Part shown: positions 27,273 through 40,914 of the stretch, piece after piece
How positions within the stretch are numbered: position 1 is the stretch's first letter
Layout: every line of letters starts with the position of its first letter
Assembly: GCF_018350175.1 (NCBI RefSeq)
Contig: NC_058383.1
Span: 15,006,001-15,070,000 of the forward strand
Length of the DNA: 64,000 nt
Source of the DNA: Felis catus
Lineage: Eukaryota
Reading direction: 5' to 3'
Position numbers and translations under genes: made by a program
The notes under the pieces: model-generated
Database searches by the model: none
Told to the model about the DNA's origin: nothing
Seen by the model: only the letters and a program-made list of their open reading frames with translations

Positions 27273-27549
27273 TGTTTGTTGAATGCACACATGAGTGAGT
27301 GAAGACGAAAGAACCTGTTTTGTTGAGAACCGCCAAGATAGAGAGGAGATAAGGTCTCCTGGAGCTACCAACCTTCCATGGTGACTCCTGGAGCGAAACA
27401 CATGTCCAGGGCCTGTGGGAACAGAGAAGTAGAATTTGGGAGCTAGAACTCTCATGGAGTCATAATGATGCTAGAAGTTTCTCTGGGGACCATGTCCATC
27501 TGGCATGAAAATACCAAAGAAGATTCTTCAGGATAGGTCATGCATAACA

Positions 27550-27770
27550 GCAGTGAACATTTGCAGAGGGCTTACTGTGTACGAGGGAATTCTACAAACA
27601 ATGCTAAGCAATATGTCAGTTGTACCTTGTAAGGCAGGATTAATAGTATCCCCACTTTACAGACGAGGGAATTGAAGCACAGGCATAATAAATAACTGGT
27701 CCAGACTGCAGAGTTAGTACCTGGTAGAGTGGGAAGCCAAACTCAAGTGGCAGGGCTCCAGAGACAACAC
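27550..27770 (-). mobile_element. MIR
   Basis: MIR core atccccactttacagacgaggga attgaagcacag. Confidence 0.7.
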
Positions 27771-29754
27771 ATAAGACTCCCTCTGCAGTGACTGTCCCTG
27801 GGATGGACAGACAGCAGCAACTAAAGGCATGTATTCATCCCAGAAATCTGTACGGATGCTGGCCCTATTCATCCTTCTGGAGCCATCACATGAGGCATGG
27901 CCTCTGCCCTTCAAAACATACATACTAGTCTGTCTGTAAACAAATGTCCTGGAGGCCAGTGCGAGGCTCAAAAGGGTCCAAGGAACTTGGGAATGGAAGC
28001 TTCTTCTCTGACAAAGCAAAAGGTCCAGGGCAAGGTGCTGTGGGAGCGTAAAAGGCACTGGAGAAAGCAACGGAGGCGGGGAGCATTCTCAGGGAACTCA
28101 AGGAACACAAGGGTGGCGCCATGACTGAGGGAAAGGAAGCCACCTTCAAGAGCCCTTGGCTGAGGGCATCAGAGGGAAGCCTGAAGGATCAGAAGTGGCA
28201 GGCAGGGAAGGACACCAACAGGCAAGACAAACACAAGTGCAAGGTCCCCCCACTGTTTGCTGTCTTCTTTTGTCCCACAGCCAGCCAGGAAAAGCAACAC
28301 TGGATCGCTTCCCACACTCCATTCGAAGCCAAAGAGGTACAAAAGCCAACCTAATTTAGTCATCTTCCCTCCGCTCTCCCCTGAAATGACCTTACTCACC
28401 AGGTCCAGGGAGCTGTTCTGAGTTTGAATGAGCAGCTTTTTCCCTGGGCTTCTTGCTTCAAGGCTGCCTGGAGGTGGGGGGATTTCAGACCAGAGACCGG
28501 AGTGTGAGGAAAGAAGCAGGCTCCGGTCAAGGTGCTGACGTTCCCAAGGGGGGACCTGCCAGTGCACTGCCCACCTCCGGGCTCTGCCCTCTCCTGTCCC
28601 TCTGTGGGCCTCTCCCAGTCATGCCCCACACCCCATCCCTCTGTGTCATCACTCCCTGATGCTAAGGGTGGCCCTTCTTCAGCGTCCAGTTCAACTCACT
28701 CAGCAAGGAGGTCTTTGCCATAAAAACAGAAGCAGCGTAGCAGATCAGCCTTCAAGCTAAACAGACCCCAGACCCGGTCCTGACTCTGCCGGGTTCCAGC
28801 TGTAAGACCCCAGGTGATGCAACCCTCTAAGTCTTAGTTTTCCCACCAGTACAATGGGGAGTCAGAAGGTATTTGCCCCATTGAGCGGTCATGAGTATTA
28901 ACTGGGATCAGCCAGAAAATACTTAGCACAGGGCCCAGGACACGGTAAGCAACGCGCCCAGGTCCTGGCACTCAGGATATGGCTGAACATGCACAGCAAT
29001 GGCTTCCACATGGCCGCGCGCACGAACATCAGTGGATAAGGAAGGGACAGGCGGGGAAGGGACGGTAGGGCGGAGAGTGTGACCTCAGTGACCATAACAC
29101 TGATATCACCCTAGTGCCACTTCAGGCGGCACCTTGGGTAGCTCCAGACTCAGTCACGAACTGGGGTGGTGGGGGTGGGGCACACTGAGGCATCTGATGA
29201 CATCAGCACAGAAACAACAGCAAGAGTGTAAAGTCTTAGAAGGGGCCAACAAGGAAAACGAAGGTGGTCTGTAAAAGGAGTAAAAACGTGGAACGTTTTA
29301 AGAGAAGTAGGGTGAACTGTAAAGGGCTGGCATGCCATAGCGAGGACCAGACTTTCAAGAAAAACAGGGATGATCCAAGGAAACAGGAAAGATCCACAAG
29401 ACGTGCCTAGGAATGGAGTGAGGAAACAGGGAAGAAGCAAACCAAAGATGAGGAAGCAGCCTCAAGGCAGCCGTACCAGTCACACGCAAGGACGACTCGG
29501 GTCCCAGTGAGTCCCTCCCCTACACTCTTTTGTTTTTTGCTTTTTGACCCGGGTTGGGCCCACAAACTAGGTTCCCCATAACACACGGCACCATGCCACT
29601 TTGAAGGTGAGGGGGCAGAAAATTGGAACAGGTGAGCCAATATAACCTTGGCAACACAACCTTCCTGAAACATGACTTTGGAAAAGATGCCTCCCGTTTA
29701 GAAAATTCTAGAAGGACAAGGAAGTAGAAGAAAAAACAATGGTTTTTTTTTTGG

Positions 29755-32279
29755 GGGGGGGGTGCCTGCGTGGCTCAATTAAATGTCCAGCTCTTAATTT
29801 CAGCTCAGGTCATGACCTCATGGTTGTGAGATAGAGCCCCGCATGGGGCTCTACGCTGAGCGCGGAGCCTGCTTAAGATTCTCTCTCTCCCTCTTCCTCT
29901 GTCCCCTGCTCACACACGCGCTCTCTCTCTCCCTCAAATAAATAAATCAACTTTAAATTAAAAAAGTGGTTTTGACTAGTTGAAAGCTCTGTGACACCTG
30001 GATAAGCAATGACCATAAAGATCAGAATTCTCTTCCCATTAAAAAAAAAATGGTAATTTAAAAATATAAGAAAAGAATAAGGGAAAATTTACCCTTTGGT
30101 AGATTTTTTAAGTTATTAATAATTAAACCAGGGTAGCACTGGAAAAAGAATAAAAGCAGTAGTGGGTTCGAACTCACAGATGAGGAGTTCAGTCCAAATG
30201 AGTGTGGTAATTCGGCACATAACAAAACCGGATGGAGGGGCGCCTGGGTGGCTCAGGCAGTTGGGCGACCCAACTTGGGCTCAGGTCATGATCTTGCGGT
30301 TTGTGGGTTCGAGCCCCATGTCGGGCTGTGCGCTGACAGCTCGGAGCCTGGAGCCCATTTCAGATTCTGTGCCTCCCTCTCTCTCTCTGCCCCTCCCCTG
30401 CTCACGTTCTGTGTCTCTTTCCTTCAAAAATAAATAAACATTAAAAAAAATAATTTAAATCGGTGGATGGATCTATTCCATAAGTAGTATTGGAAAAAAC
30501 TGAAAATCATTTGAAAACGAAATAATGATGAAGTTAGATCCCTGTATCACATCACAGCCCAAGTAGTTGGTGGATTTAAAAATGTAACGATAAAAATATA
30601 TATTAGACTTCCGGTAAAAACTGGCAAATCAACCTCACCTCATTTCTCGTCTCTCCTTTCCAATACATGGCTCAAATAAGAAGGAAGGATAGCAGGCAGG
30701 GAAACATTCCTCTGAAAGCCACAAGGACAAAGAGGAGGGAGGGAGGGCTTCAGAGATGTAGAAGTCACAAAGCAGAGGGGGCGGTGTTGAATAGTATTCA
30801 ACTGTTGAAGTTGCGTGCATTCCGCTACATTAATAAAAAGTGGGTTTTTTTTTTAATTTACAAGACAAATTTGATATTTAGAAGTAAATATGTTCGTAAT
30901 CTTGAGAGTGAGGAAGAGTTTTCTAAGCACGACCCCAAACTTAAATATTTAAAAGGGAAGGATACATTTGATTAGATATTGTTTTAAAAACAAGAAGTTA
31001 GGGGCACCTGGGTGGCCCAGTCAGTTGAGCATCTGACTTCGGCTTAGATCACGATCTCGCGGTCTGTGAGTTTGAGCCCCATGTTGGGCTCTGTGCTGAC
31101 AACTCAGAGCCTGGAGCCTGCTTCGGATTCTGTGTCTCCTGCTCTCTCTGCCCCTGCCCCGCTCACACTCTGTCTCTCTCTCTCTCTCCAAAATAAATAA
31201 ACATTTAAAAATACGTTTAAAAATACATAAATAAAAGCAAGAAGTTAAAAAATAATACAAAAGAAATGAAGAGGTGCACCCAGGAGGATCTGTCGGTTAA
31301 TCGTCTGACTCTTGACTTCAGCTGAGGTCATGATCTCACGGTTTGTGAGTCTGAGCCCATGTCAGACTCTGTGCTGACAGCGTGGAGCCTGCTTGGGATT
31401 CTCTGTCTCCCTCTCTGCTCTTGCCCCACTCATGCACACACACTCTCACTCTCAAAAATAAACATCAAAAAAAAAAAAAAAGAGAAAGAAATGAAGAGAT
31501 AAACAGCAAACTTGGAAAATTTTGCAACCTATAATAAATAAACAGTACTATTCTCTCTATTGAATTCATAAAGTCATTTTTAAAACAGAACACCTCAGTA
31601 GAAAAAGAGACATAAAACATCGATACGCAATTCACAAAAGAACAAAATCAAATGGCTAAGAAGTATATGAAAAAGAGAAATGTGCCTGCTTGCTTATGAT
31701 CCCAGAAATCCAGGATAAAGCAACAATGTGAAACTATTTTGGCTGTCAAATTTCAAGAAGCAACCAATGCCAATAGCAAATGTTGGTGACAATGCGTAAA
31801 AATGAGCCCTTTCATACATCCTGGCTGGAAAGAGAATGGAAACAACCTTGAGGAAAGGTCAAGTCCTTGACCTGGTCGTTCCGCTTCTAAGAATTTAATC
31901 CTTAGAAAACTACTTTCAAATGTGCAATATTTTTCGATAATAAAGACAAAGCCAAAAATACACACGTCCACTTGCGGACTAGCATACATTCATTAAAAAT
32001 GGTGAGGAAGGAGCAGCTGTAGCAATCCAGAGAGACATCCACAATTTATTAAGTTAAAAAACAGCGGATACAAGGGCATCCTGGGTGGCTCGGTCGGTTG
32101 AGCGTCCAACTCTTGCTTTCGGCTCAGGTCGTGATCTCCCAGTTCGTGGGTTCAAGCCCTGCATTAGGCCATATGCTGTCAGCGCAGAGCCTGCTTGGGA
32201 TTCTCTCTCTCTCCCTTTCTCCCTGCCACTCCCTCACTTGTGCTTTCTCTCTCAAAATAAATAAATAAACTTTAAAAAA
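29755..32279 (+). mobile_element. Cluster of five Can-SINEs (29755, 30237, 31001, 31272, 32073) embedded in old L1 fragments
   Basis: Five heads and tails in the same orientation. TSD ttaaaaaacagc(g/t)gatacaag at the last copy. Confidence 0.85.
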
Positions 32280-33644
32280 CAGCTGATACAAGAGTACTGA
32301 CTCACCAACCCCTTCTAATAAATAGAGGAATACTTTGTAACGACATGCAACACCCACACCAGCGCTCAGAACAAACTCCAGGGGACTTTAGCCCCAAACT
32401 GGGATCTGTGCTTATCTCTGGGTTCTTGGGACAAAGGGTAAATTTTACTTTCTTCCATTTGCTTCCTTTCTAATGTTTGGCCACAAATCTTGCTTTTGTG
32501 CTTAACATTTACATATGAGAAAGCAGTGACCAGATGGCAGAGGTTTCCTGCCCTGCGGGGTTGGTGAATTTTCGTTCCCATCATCCCAAGGGGGAATATA
32601 TTCCCGAACATTTCTAAGTGAAAGCTGAACAGATCTAAACTGGGCAACTTGAGGCTACGACTGTTTCCGCCACTGTGTTTGCTCTGCCTGGCCGGCTCCG
32701 CCTGGGTGACTGATGACAGCCAGCATCTGGCAGGATGGGATGGCCAGGCGGCAAATGGCAGGGACAGAGCCGTGGCCGCAAGGCGGGCCCTCGCGGCACC
32801 CAGACAGGCGGGATCTAGGGAACCCCCACCCACGAGACCCAGCAAGAAGCTCTGAACGGAGGAAAGGAAGGGATCAGGGGTGTGTGGGAGGCATCCCATC
32901 CAGCCCCTCCAGGGTGAAGGGCTTAATGCACCCACCCTCCGAGAGGCGCCTGCTGTTTACCAAGCCTGGTAGACACAGGAACCCAAAGGGCGCCCTTGAG
33001 AAGAGGGAAATGTGACAATTGGTGCCAGCGTGGGGAAGGCAGAAAACAGAATGGTGACCCACCACACCCTTGCAGAGAATCGCTCTACCCTGTGCTCAAA
33101 CTCTATTTCCCAGGGATCTGCATGATAGGACCTGACCTCCTTGCTGTTACTTCCAAGGAGCTTCTGTTGCTGCTGGCCCAGAAGATCCTCTCGGCCCTCC
33201 CCTCCCTCTGCCAATTACCTAATGAGCTGGAAACTTCGCTCAAATTCATGAGGGGAGTTCCTACCGGAGAGGACCTTACAGTGAATGTTTTAACGTTAAG
33301 GCAAATAATTACTCCCTTATTCGTCGGGTCCAATGTATTTAAACGGTCCCTTTATAAAACACCTTCATTTTACGCGTTGTTTCCTCTCCTGCTTCTCCAA
33401 AGAATTGGAGGTATTGAAAGGTGTAGTTCATTGAAGACCTTCTCCTCCCCTACCAGCCACTTCCTCAGGGACAAGTGTCTGTGCCATCATCCCCGTTTGA
33501 CACTAGAGCAAACGATCACACAGCAAGTGATGGAGAAGATTACTTGCAGTGAGAACCACCCTGCAAACCAGTCAGGGCCCATTCTTACTCCACTGACATC
33601 CGAGTCTTAAGATCAAAGAGGCCCAAAGGCACAGCTAGATCCCG

Positions 33645-33667
33645 CCCCCCCCCCCCCCCCCCCCCCC
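33645..33667. repeat. C23 homopolymer
   Basis: Directly visible. Confidence 0.9.
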
Positions 33668-33706
33668 GCCAAGTACTGTGCTCCATTAAACTTAAGAAAC
33701 ATCTCC

Positions 33707-33922
33707 AGGGGCGCCTGGGTGGCTCAGTCGCTTGAGCGACTGACTCTCAATTTCAGCTGGGGTTATAATCTCGCGGTTCGTGAGTTCGAGCCCGCGTTGG
33801 GCTCTGAGCCAACTGTGGATGGATCCTGTCTGGGATTCTGTCTCTCCCTCTCTCTCTCTCTCTGCCCCTCCCTCGCTCTCTCTCTCTCAAAATAAATAAA
33901 TAAACTTAAAAAAAAAAAAAAA
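33707..33922 (+). mobile_element. Can-SINE
   Basis: Canonical head and tail. TSD-like aacatctc. Confidence 0.9.
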
Positions 33923-34619
33923 GAAGGCAACATCTCTAAACTTGTCTTTCAGGCAAAACACAGTGCCAGGCGCCATGGAAAAACCAAACGCACACCCGCA
34001 CACGAGCAAGCACGCACACATGCACCCCGCCAAGCCCCTTAAAAGCCCTTACGCTGTAGAAGAGGGAGAGGTAACTGTAAGTTAGTTCCTGGAGGGTCTA
34101 TTGCCTCACCAGAAGGTGCCCCCCTTTCATGTTACCTTCCCAGGACTCGGCAGCTCTAAACGTGCGACGGAGCACAAGCCAATAAGCGCAAGAGTAAATG
34201 TGCAGGTAAGTGTGGCACACACACCAAGGAAGGGGAAAGTAAATTCAACTGCGGGAACCACGGAGCACTTCACTAGGAAGGTCGGGTTTAATGCGGCCTG
34301 TGAGCTGCCGACACAGCACGGGCAAAGACACAGAGGTCTGTCGTCTGCTGGAACTTGACCAACGGGTCAATGCCCAAGGAGGTCAGATGAAAGTCACGGA
34401 GGAGCCAAAGTCTTCATCTCGAAAGATGCAGCTGGACCAGAGTGGCATGGCTGTCCTCGTGTTTCCAGGGGATGATGGGTCTGTAGGAGCTGGCTCCAGT
34501 CCAGGTCAGAGCAATGCCAATGGCGTCAGAATGTCGGGCACACGCATAGAGAAATCATGCGTGGGTGGGGAGAAGGGGGCAGAGGTGACAAGAGGCTTCT
34601 TATTCTGAGTGTCTGTCGG

Positions 34620-34770
34620 GAGCCTTTCCCTCCCGACCCTCAGAAGGAACCATCCTCCAGACAGCTGACTCTTGGACTTACAGCCACCCCAACTGTGAGA
34701 AAATACATTTCTCTGGTTTAATCCACCCGGGCTGTGGGGCTTTGTTCCAGAAGCCCAGCAAACACATACA
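34620..34770 (+). mobile_element. MLT1 LTR 3' fragment
   Basis: cctcagaaggaacc...actgtgagaaaatacatttc...cagcaaacacataca. Confidence 0.65.
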
Positions 34771-34979
34771 GAAAGGTAAGAGACGAGAAGTCCAGTCAGG
34801 AGAGTTCGTTCAGGAGGAAGTTACATGAGGAAAGGGGAGGTCAAGGGTGTCAAATGTTTCCCAGTGGGAGAAATGAGTCCACATGGTTAGATTTTAAAAT
34901 GAGGTGAGAATGTCAGTGACCTTGTAAAAAGCCAGTTCACAATATATTAAGTATGTAAGACTTAAAAAGCAGGGGGCCA

Positions 34980-35197
34980 GGGAAACCTGCGTGGCTCAGC
35001 CAATCGAGCGTCTGACTTCGGCTCAGGTCATGATCTCGCGGTTTATGAGTTCGAGCCCCGCGTCGGGCTCTGTGCTGACAGCTTGGAGCCTGGAGCCTGC
35101 TTCGGATTCTGTGTCTCCCTCTCTCTCTGCCCCTCCCCTGTTCACATTCCATCTCTCTCTCTCTCAAAAATAAACACTAAAATTAAAAAAAAAAAAA
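34980..35197 (+). mobile_element. Can-SINE
   Basis: Canonical body. TSD-like aaaaagcaggg. Confidence 0.9.
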
Positions 35198-35217
35198 GCA
35201 GGGAACCAACAAGTAGG

Positions 35218-35770
35218 TGTAACCGAACGAAAGTGGGCTCAGCTCGTGGGGAGTCAGAAACTGCACCGTCACACAAAGAAAACTTTTATTTGCAACAACT
35301 AAGGAGATCACTCATGGGGAATGGTTTCCAAAGCCATGACTCTCCAAGAGAGGGTGAATGGGTTCCTCCTGTTTGGGGTTAGGATGACTATTTAGATGGG
35401 GAAGCCTTGTCATCCTGCGTAGAGGCGGGCATAAGATGTCACGTGAGCCTTAAGGAAACGTGCCTGCATACTGTAATTGTATGTTATGTAAATGAGGCTG
35501 AGGCTCCTCCCTGGGCCGAGACTTTAGCGTTTTGATGATGCAAAGGCGACTCTAGGTCATTCCAGAGGTCAGCTCATGGTCCACCTGCGTGGGTGGGAGT
35601 CATGTTCAGCTCAAAGGATCTGGGTGGTCTGGGCCTGCCAGAGATTTTATCAGGACAGTCACCATCACCAGGGGGATGGTGGCAGGTTTCCTTGATCTGA
35701 GTGAAGCGGAAAGCTGGAGAAATGTTAAGACAAAGGTCAGTGAGCATAAGGCCAGGTCTTGGGATCTACA
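35218..35770 (-). mobile_element. Solo ERV LTR (ERV1-like), 553 bp, same orientation as CALN1
   Basis: TGT...ACA termini, 4-bp TSD tagg/cagg, AATAAA on the minus strand at 35290-35285, and octamer-like ATGTAAAT at ~35486. It sits within L2-like sequence. Confidence 0.6.
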
Positions 35771-36545
35771 CAGGGTTGGCCAACAGCAAAGGGTGAATGG
35801 GGCTGACAAGAATAAGGTGGAAAAGCGAGAGCAGCAAGGGGGGACTCTCCTTCTGGAAGCTTTGCATTCCAGAGAGGGAAATGGGGAGGCAGTGAGGTCA
35901 AGCAAAGTCTTGCGTTGACTTATGTTTATGAGCTTAAGGAAGGAAAATCTGAGATGTGAGCTGAGAAATGGAAGCCCGTTAGATTAACGGCAAAGCCAAG
36001 TTTTCCTTGTAAAGGAGTTAAGGACGTCTGTTCCTCTGAAACAGGAAGACAGGTGAGTATCTGGAGTAGAGATGGAGAATGTTGACGTCGAGGGTTACAG
36101 GAGATGCAGTTCGTGCCCTTGATCCCCCCAAATAGGAGGCAAGGTCATCCCCTGAGAAGGCATATGGGTGAGAAGAGTGGGGTAACTAGGAAGCACAGAA
36201 GTATAGACATAGCAGATAGGACAAGAAATCAGCCTGGAGCTCAGGAGAAGGATTAGTAAAAAGAATCGGGGCCCCAGCTGTTGTTGAACAACCTAAATTT
36301 TTAATGAAATCAGCTGAGCTGGCTGAGAACTTGAAAAAGTAAATGCTTGACTTTATTCAAGGTTGAGGGTTGCACAGTGAAGACAGTAATAGGTCAGGAA
36401 GGTCAACGAGTACAGGGTCCTTGGGAATTCAGAGTAGAGGTAGTGGCCCAGGGTTCTACGCGAGGCTTGCTAATGACCTCTAAAGAGACAGAGTCATTAC
36501 AGGTTACACGTCAGAAGGAGGCAGCTGCACAGTTATCCTAAAGAA

Positions 36546-36767
36546 GGAGTCCGCCAACCGTAGGCCATGGGCCAAAATCTGGGCCACCCTTTGTTTTTGG
36601 AAGTAAAGTTTTGTTCCAACACAGCCACACTCACTCGTTTACATCCTGTCAATGGTGGCCTTCCTGCTACAACAGCAGGGGTGAGAAATTGCAGCAGGGA
36701 CCACAAGACCTGCAAAGCCTAAAATATTCACTATCTGCCCCTTTCCAGAAAAAGTTTGCCAATCCCT
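36546..36767. mobile_element. MER58A-like hAT MITE
   Basis: ggccaaaatctgggccacc...taaagttttgttccaacacagccacac...gcaaagcctaaaatattcactatctgccctttccagaaaaagtttgccaatccct. Confidence 0.85.
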
Positions 36768-37504
36768 AAAGGACCAGAACTGTAGTGTGAAAAAGCAAGT
36801 GGCAACACCAAGCAAGCAAGAAGGGAGGGAGAGCCAAGACTAGGCCAAGCTGATGACCAAGGCAGCGGGCACGGGATTGGGTAAAGGGCACCATCAGGGG
36901 GCCCCAGCCTACGACCAAGGGCAGAGCAACCAGGGCAACCCTGAAAATCCAATGCAGAGAGCAAGCCTGAAGTGAGGGAGACTGCAGGGGTTTCCATTTG
37001 TCCCCTAGAACCCCCACAAGAGGCTCATATTGGGGGAATGAGCTGAATCAATATGAACAATCCAGCAAGAATGAGGCAAAGACTTCACCATGAGTTCAGT
37101 GGGTGGCCACCAGAGAAGGATAGGGGCCAACACAGAGTCCAGTGGGTGGCCAACATGGGACAGTGGTAGAGTCTGTAAGTCAGAGCAATACAGGTTATCT
37201 TTGACCTACCATACTCCCAGGTGCCCCAACTGACATTCCAACCCTACCAACTGGCCGTGGATTCTCTTCTTTGTTTATGAACTAGGGTTTGCCCACACGT
37301 GGGTCCATCAAAGGACACATCTCCCGAGAGCCAGATGGGGAAAACAGGACAGGCCATCTGCCTCAGGGCCAACTCCAATGGTGTGAGGGAGAGGGCACCC
37401 ATGTGAAGGCAAAAGTGTGTCCCAAGAGGCGAATGTCACAGTCAGAGTATGTATGACAACGTTCTAATGGAAGTTTCCTGGACAATCGTAATTACAAAGG
37501 CAGG

Positions 37505-37740
37505 ATAGCCTGGCAGCTTAAGGGCTTGGCTTCTAGTCTTGAGTCCAGCTTCCCTATTCATTAGCTGAGGGACTTTCAGCAAGGTGCTTAACTCCTCGGT
37601 GGTTTGGTCTCCTCATCCATACAAACAGAAACAATAATGGTATCTACCTCACCAGGTTGTTGAAAGGATTAAAGGAGTTAACATATGTGAAGAACTCAGA
37701 AGGGAGTACTTACATAACCATTAGCTATAATTATACCGCT
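37505..37740 (+). mobile_element. MIR
   Basis: agcaaggtgcttaactcctc...cctcatccat...taatggtatctacctcaccaggttgttgaaaggattaaa. Confidence 0.7.
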
Positions 37741-39019
37741 TCAATCTTTATGCTAATTTTCATGTGCCCCTCAGTCTTCTACTCTATATAAAGGTTTGAT
37801 CTTCTAGGGCAGAATACACACAACCCAGAGAAAGCAATGTCCTGTCCATTTCAGTCACAGAGTTTCACATCCACTGTCTTCGCCTCATGTCAGTTACAAA
37901 GCATAAAGCAATGGGCAGGAAACCGTCCCCATCAACACTGACGTGCTGAAACAGGTGCCTGGAGTTGAAAAAGCAGCAAAAAAGGATCCAACAAAATATA
38001 ATTTATTAGTCATCTGAACACGTCATGGCTGGGTGATAAATGCCAAGCACATCAATTATGAACTATTCTTACAACAGGTTTAACATCAGGGAACGCGACA
38101 TCAGGGAACCTGTATGTCGCGAACGTTCCTTATTTGTTTCAACGACAGGAGAAAAACATTTGGGGTAAAATCAGTAAATGTAATTATTTTGCATGAAGCA
38201 GGGCAGCCTGCATCAGGGTCCCGCCTGGGAGCGGGCTGCTGAACATCTGTCAAAGTGTCAACTCAAACCACAGACGTGAAGAACTTCGTCAAGCTTCCGC
38301 GTAGCTAACTGAAGTTGGCGGGGTGGCGGAGGGAGGGGATGGAAAATCACAGGTAGAATACATCTCTCAGTTCTCAGGTGCCTTTAATGTGACTATATCT
38401 GCAGTCTTTCTGGATGTCTCTGTCCTCTGATTCCCCTGCACCGGGAGCAGTGCTGGGGGGAGGGGAGGGACGTTCTCCTCCAGCCTCGCTTTCCTCCTCT
38501 TTGTCTCATGTCCACAGCAGCCCTGACCAGATGATGTGGCTCAGGGCAAATCACTCTGGGTCTCAGTGTCCTCCCCTCCAAAACCCAAGTGGTTCAGACT
38601 GGATAATTCCTAAGGTCCCTTCCAGCAATCCGAGCTTCTGATCCCAACCGTATAAATGCTGGCCAGAGACAGAACACGCTGGATCCTGAAGGACAAGTAA
38701 ATGCAAGTCACTGTACCCATGATACCAACTTTTGGTCTCCAATACCGGAGCGATGATGTTTAAGTGTCCAGAGAACTTTAATGAATATTTAATTGCTCTA
38801 TTCTTTATAAGAATATATAAAGATGGGAGGCAGGCTCCGGGCCTCCTGTTCTCCAACCCTACCCTGAGGGAACCAAAGATGCTGTAATATCATGGAAAAG
38901 CAATGGTTCCAGAAGCCCTCCATGTGAAGCTAAGGAAGGAAGGAAGACGATTCTTCTAACTAGGTCTTGCCCACCCAGGGGGTCCCAGAAGCAGTAGGGC
39001 CACTGGGGAAGAGGGGATG

Positions 39020-39260
39020 GGCGAAATAGGGGAAGGGGATCAAGGGGTTCAAACTTCCAGTTATAAAGTAAATCGCAGGGATATAACGTAATACAACATA
39101 GGGACTACGGTAATAATGTTGTAATAACTTTGTACGGTAACACGATAACTAGACCTAGTGAGGTCATCATTTGATGATGTATACAAATATTGAATGACCA
39201 TGTTGTACACTTGAAACTAATCTAATACTGTATGTCAGTTATAAATCAAGAAAAAGTAAA
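39020..39260 (+). mobile_element. L1 3' terminal fragment
   Basis: ttcaaacttccagttataaagtaaat...catgttgtacacttgaaactaatctaatactgtatgtcagttata. Confidence 0.8.
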
Positions 39261-39329
39261 CAAGAATAAAGGCAGGCAGGCAGGAAGGAAGGCAGGAAGG
39301 AAGGTAGACAGGCTCTAAGTCTGCTGCAC

Positions 39330-39565
39330 ACCCAGGCATCAGGATTCACATTTGAACAAGATCCCCAGGCAATACGCAGGCACCTGTTTGAGAAAAGCTG
39401 TTCTCGACCCCGGTTCTCAACGGTGACTATACAGTGGAATCATCTGGGGTCTGGGTCCCACCCCAAGATTCTGACATCACCGGTCTGGGATGTGACCACG
39501 GGGCATTAGGATTTTTTTAAGGCTCCCCAGGGGATTCGAATGTGCAGACAACTGAGAAACACTGA
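39330..39565. mobile_element. MER5A/B fragments
   Basis: cacatttgaacaagatccccagg...tttgagaaaagctg and ggttctcaac...gaatcatctgggg...ctgagaaacactg. Confidence 0.65.
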
Positions 39566-39603
39566 ACTAAATCTTCCACTTCAGGTTCTAAAACTCAAAT
39601 CCA

Positions 39604-39820
39604 GGGGTGTCTGAGTGGCTCAGTCGGTTGAGCGTCCGACTTCGGCTCAGGTCATGGTCTCGCCGTTTGTGAGTTCGAGCCCCATGTAGGGCTCTGTGCC
39701 GACAGCGCAGAACCTGGAGCCTGCTTCGGATCCTGTGTCTTCCTCTCTCTTCGTCCCTCCCCTGCTCAAGCTCTGTCTCTCTCTGTCTCAAAAATGAATA
39801 AAAAAACATTAAAAAAAAAT
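39604..39820 (+). mobile_element. Can-SINE
   Basis: TSD aactcaaatccag. Confidence 0.9.
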
Positions 39821-40264
39821 TTTTTTTAACTCAAATCCAGGCCAGCCAACCTCCCTCTGGAAAGTTCTGTATCACCTTTCCCAAGACCACAGGAGGTCAC
39901 CCACTCCCAGGAATTCCAAATCGGTACCTGTCTCTTGCATTTACCATCCCCCCCAGCGACTAGGCTCCTCTAGGGCACGGCCACTTCCAGAGAGTGCTGC
40001 CTATCAGCACTGGCTCATTCGCTCTGTCTCTCTTGTGCCCACGGCAGTGCTCCAAATCAGAGGACAGAACTTTCTTCTTCGGCAACACCTTTCATCCAGG
40101 GATCTCCAAGCACACGACTCCCCAGGGCCCATCGCTTTAGTCCCTTCTGCTATGCAAGATTCTGAGTCAGCCTGCAGCACGGATAATAATTGAAGGCTGA
40201 CAACAATCTCTGAGTGTGAGTCCACTGAGTATCTATCAGCATTTATTTTTCATTTTTAAAAATT

Positions 40265-40882
40265 CTTCTTAATGTTTACTTATTTTGAGAGAGAGAGAGA
40301 CAGAGGGAGAGAGCAGGGGAGGGGCAGGGAGAGAGGGGGAGAGAGAGAATCCCAAGCAGGCTCCACAGCGTCAGCTCAGAGCTCAGTGCGGGGCTTGAAC
40401 TCATGCACCGTGAGATCACGAACTGAGCCGAAAGCAAGAGTGGGTCGCTTAACCGACTGAGCCACCCAGGCGCCCCTCCCTCATTTTCAAACCCATGGTT
40501 CCTCCTGTTGCCCACTGCCCTTTGAGGGCTCCATGGATCCTGTGCGTCTGGGTTTCTGAAAGCGGCGTGTATCTCTGGGTGTAAGAAGTACAGAACTTGG
40601 GTATTTGTTAGGATCACACAAGGCAGAAGCCAGCAGCACTTAAATCTAGCAGAGCAAGACGTGGGTTAGCGTCCATGCGACTAACTTGAGGGCTGGGTCG
40701 GAGAACCACCGGCCTCAGCTGAAGGCAGACAGTCTGTCCTCTACCGGCTACCACTTCATGTCTCAGGAAGTGGAGGGACTGGGGCCACCCAGGAAACAGA
40801 CCTGAAAGCCACACACCCTGCAGACCCCTCTTTACAGCTCCACATCCATGAGTTCGCCCAAAAAAGTCATTTTTTAACTATT

Positions 40883-40914
<32 letters not shown>

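Noticed and set aside
32366..33610. 189-aa and 204-aa ORFs
   Set aside because: No recognisable homology or convincing gene structure; most likely chance intronic ORFs.
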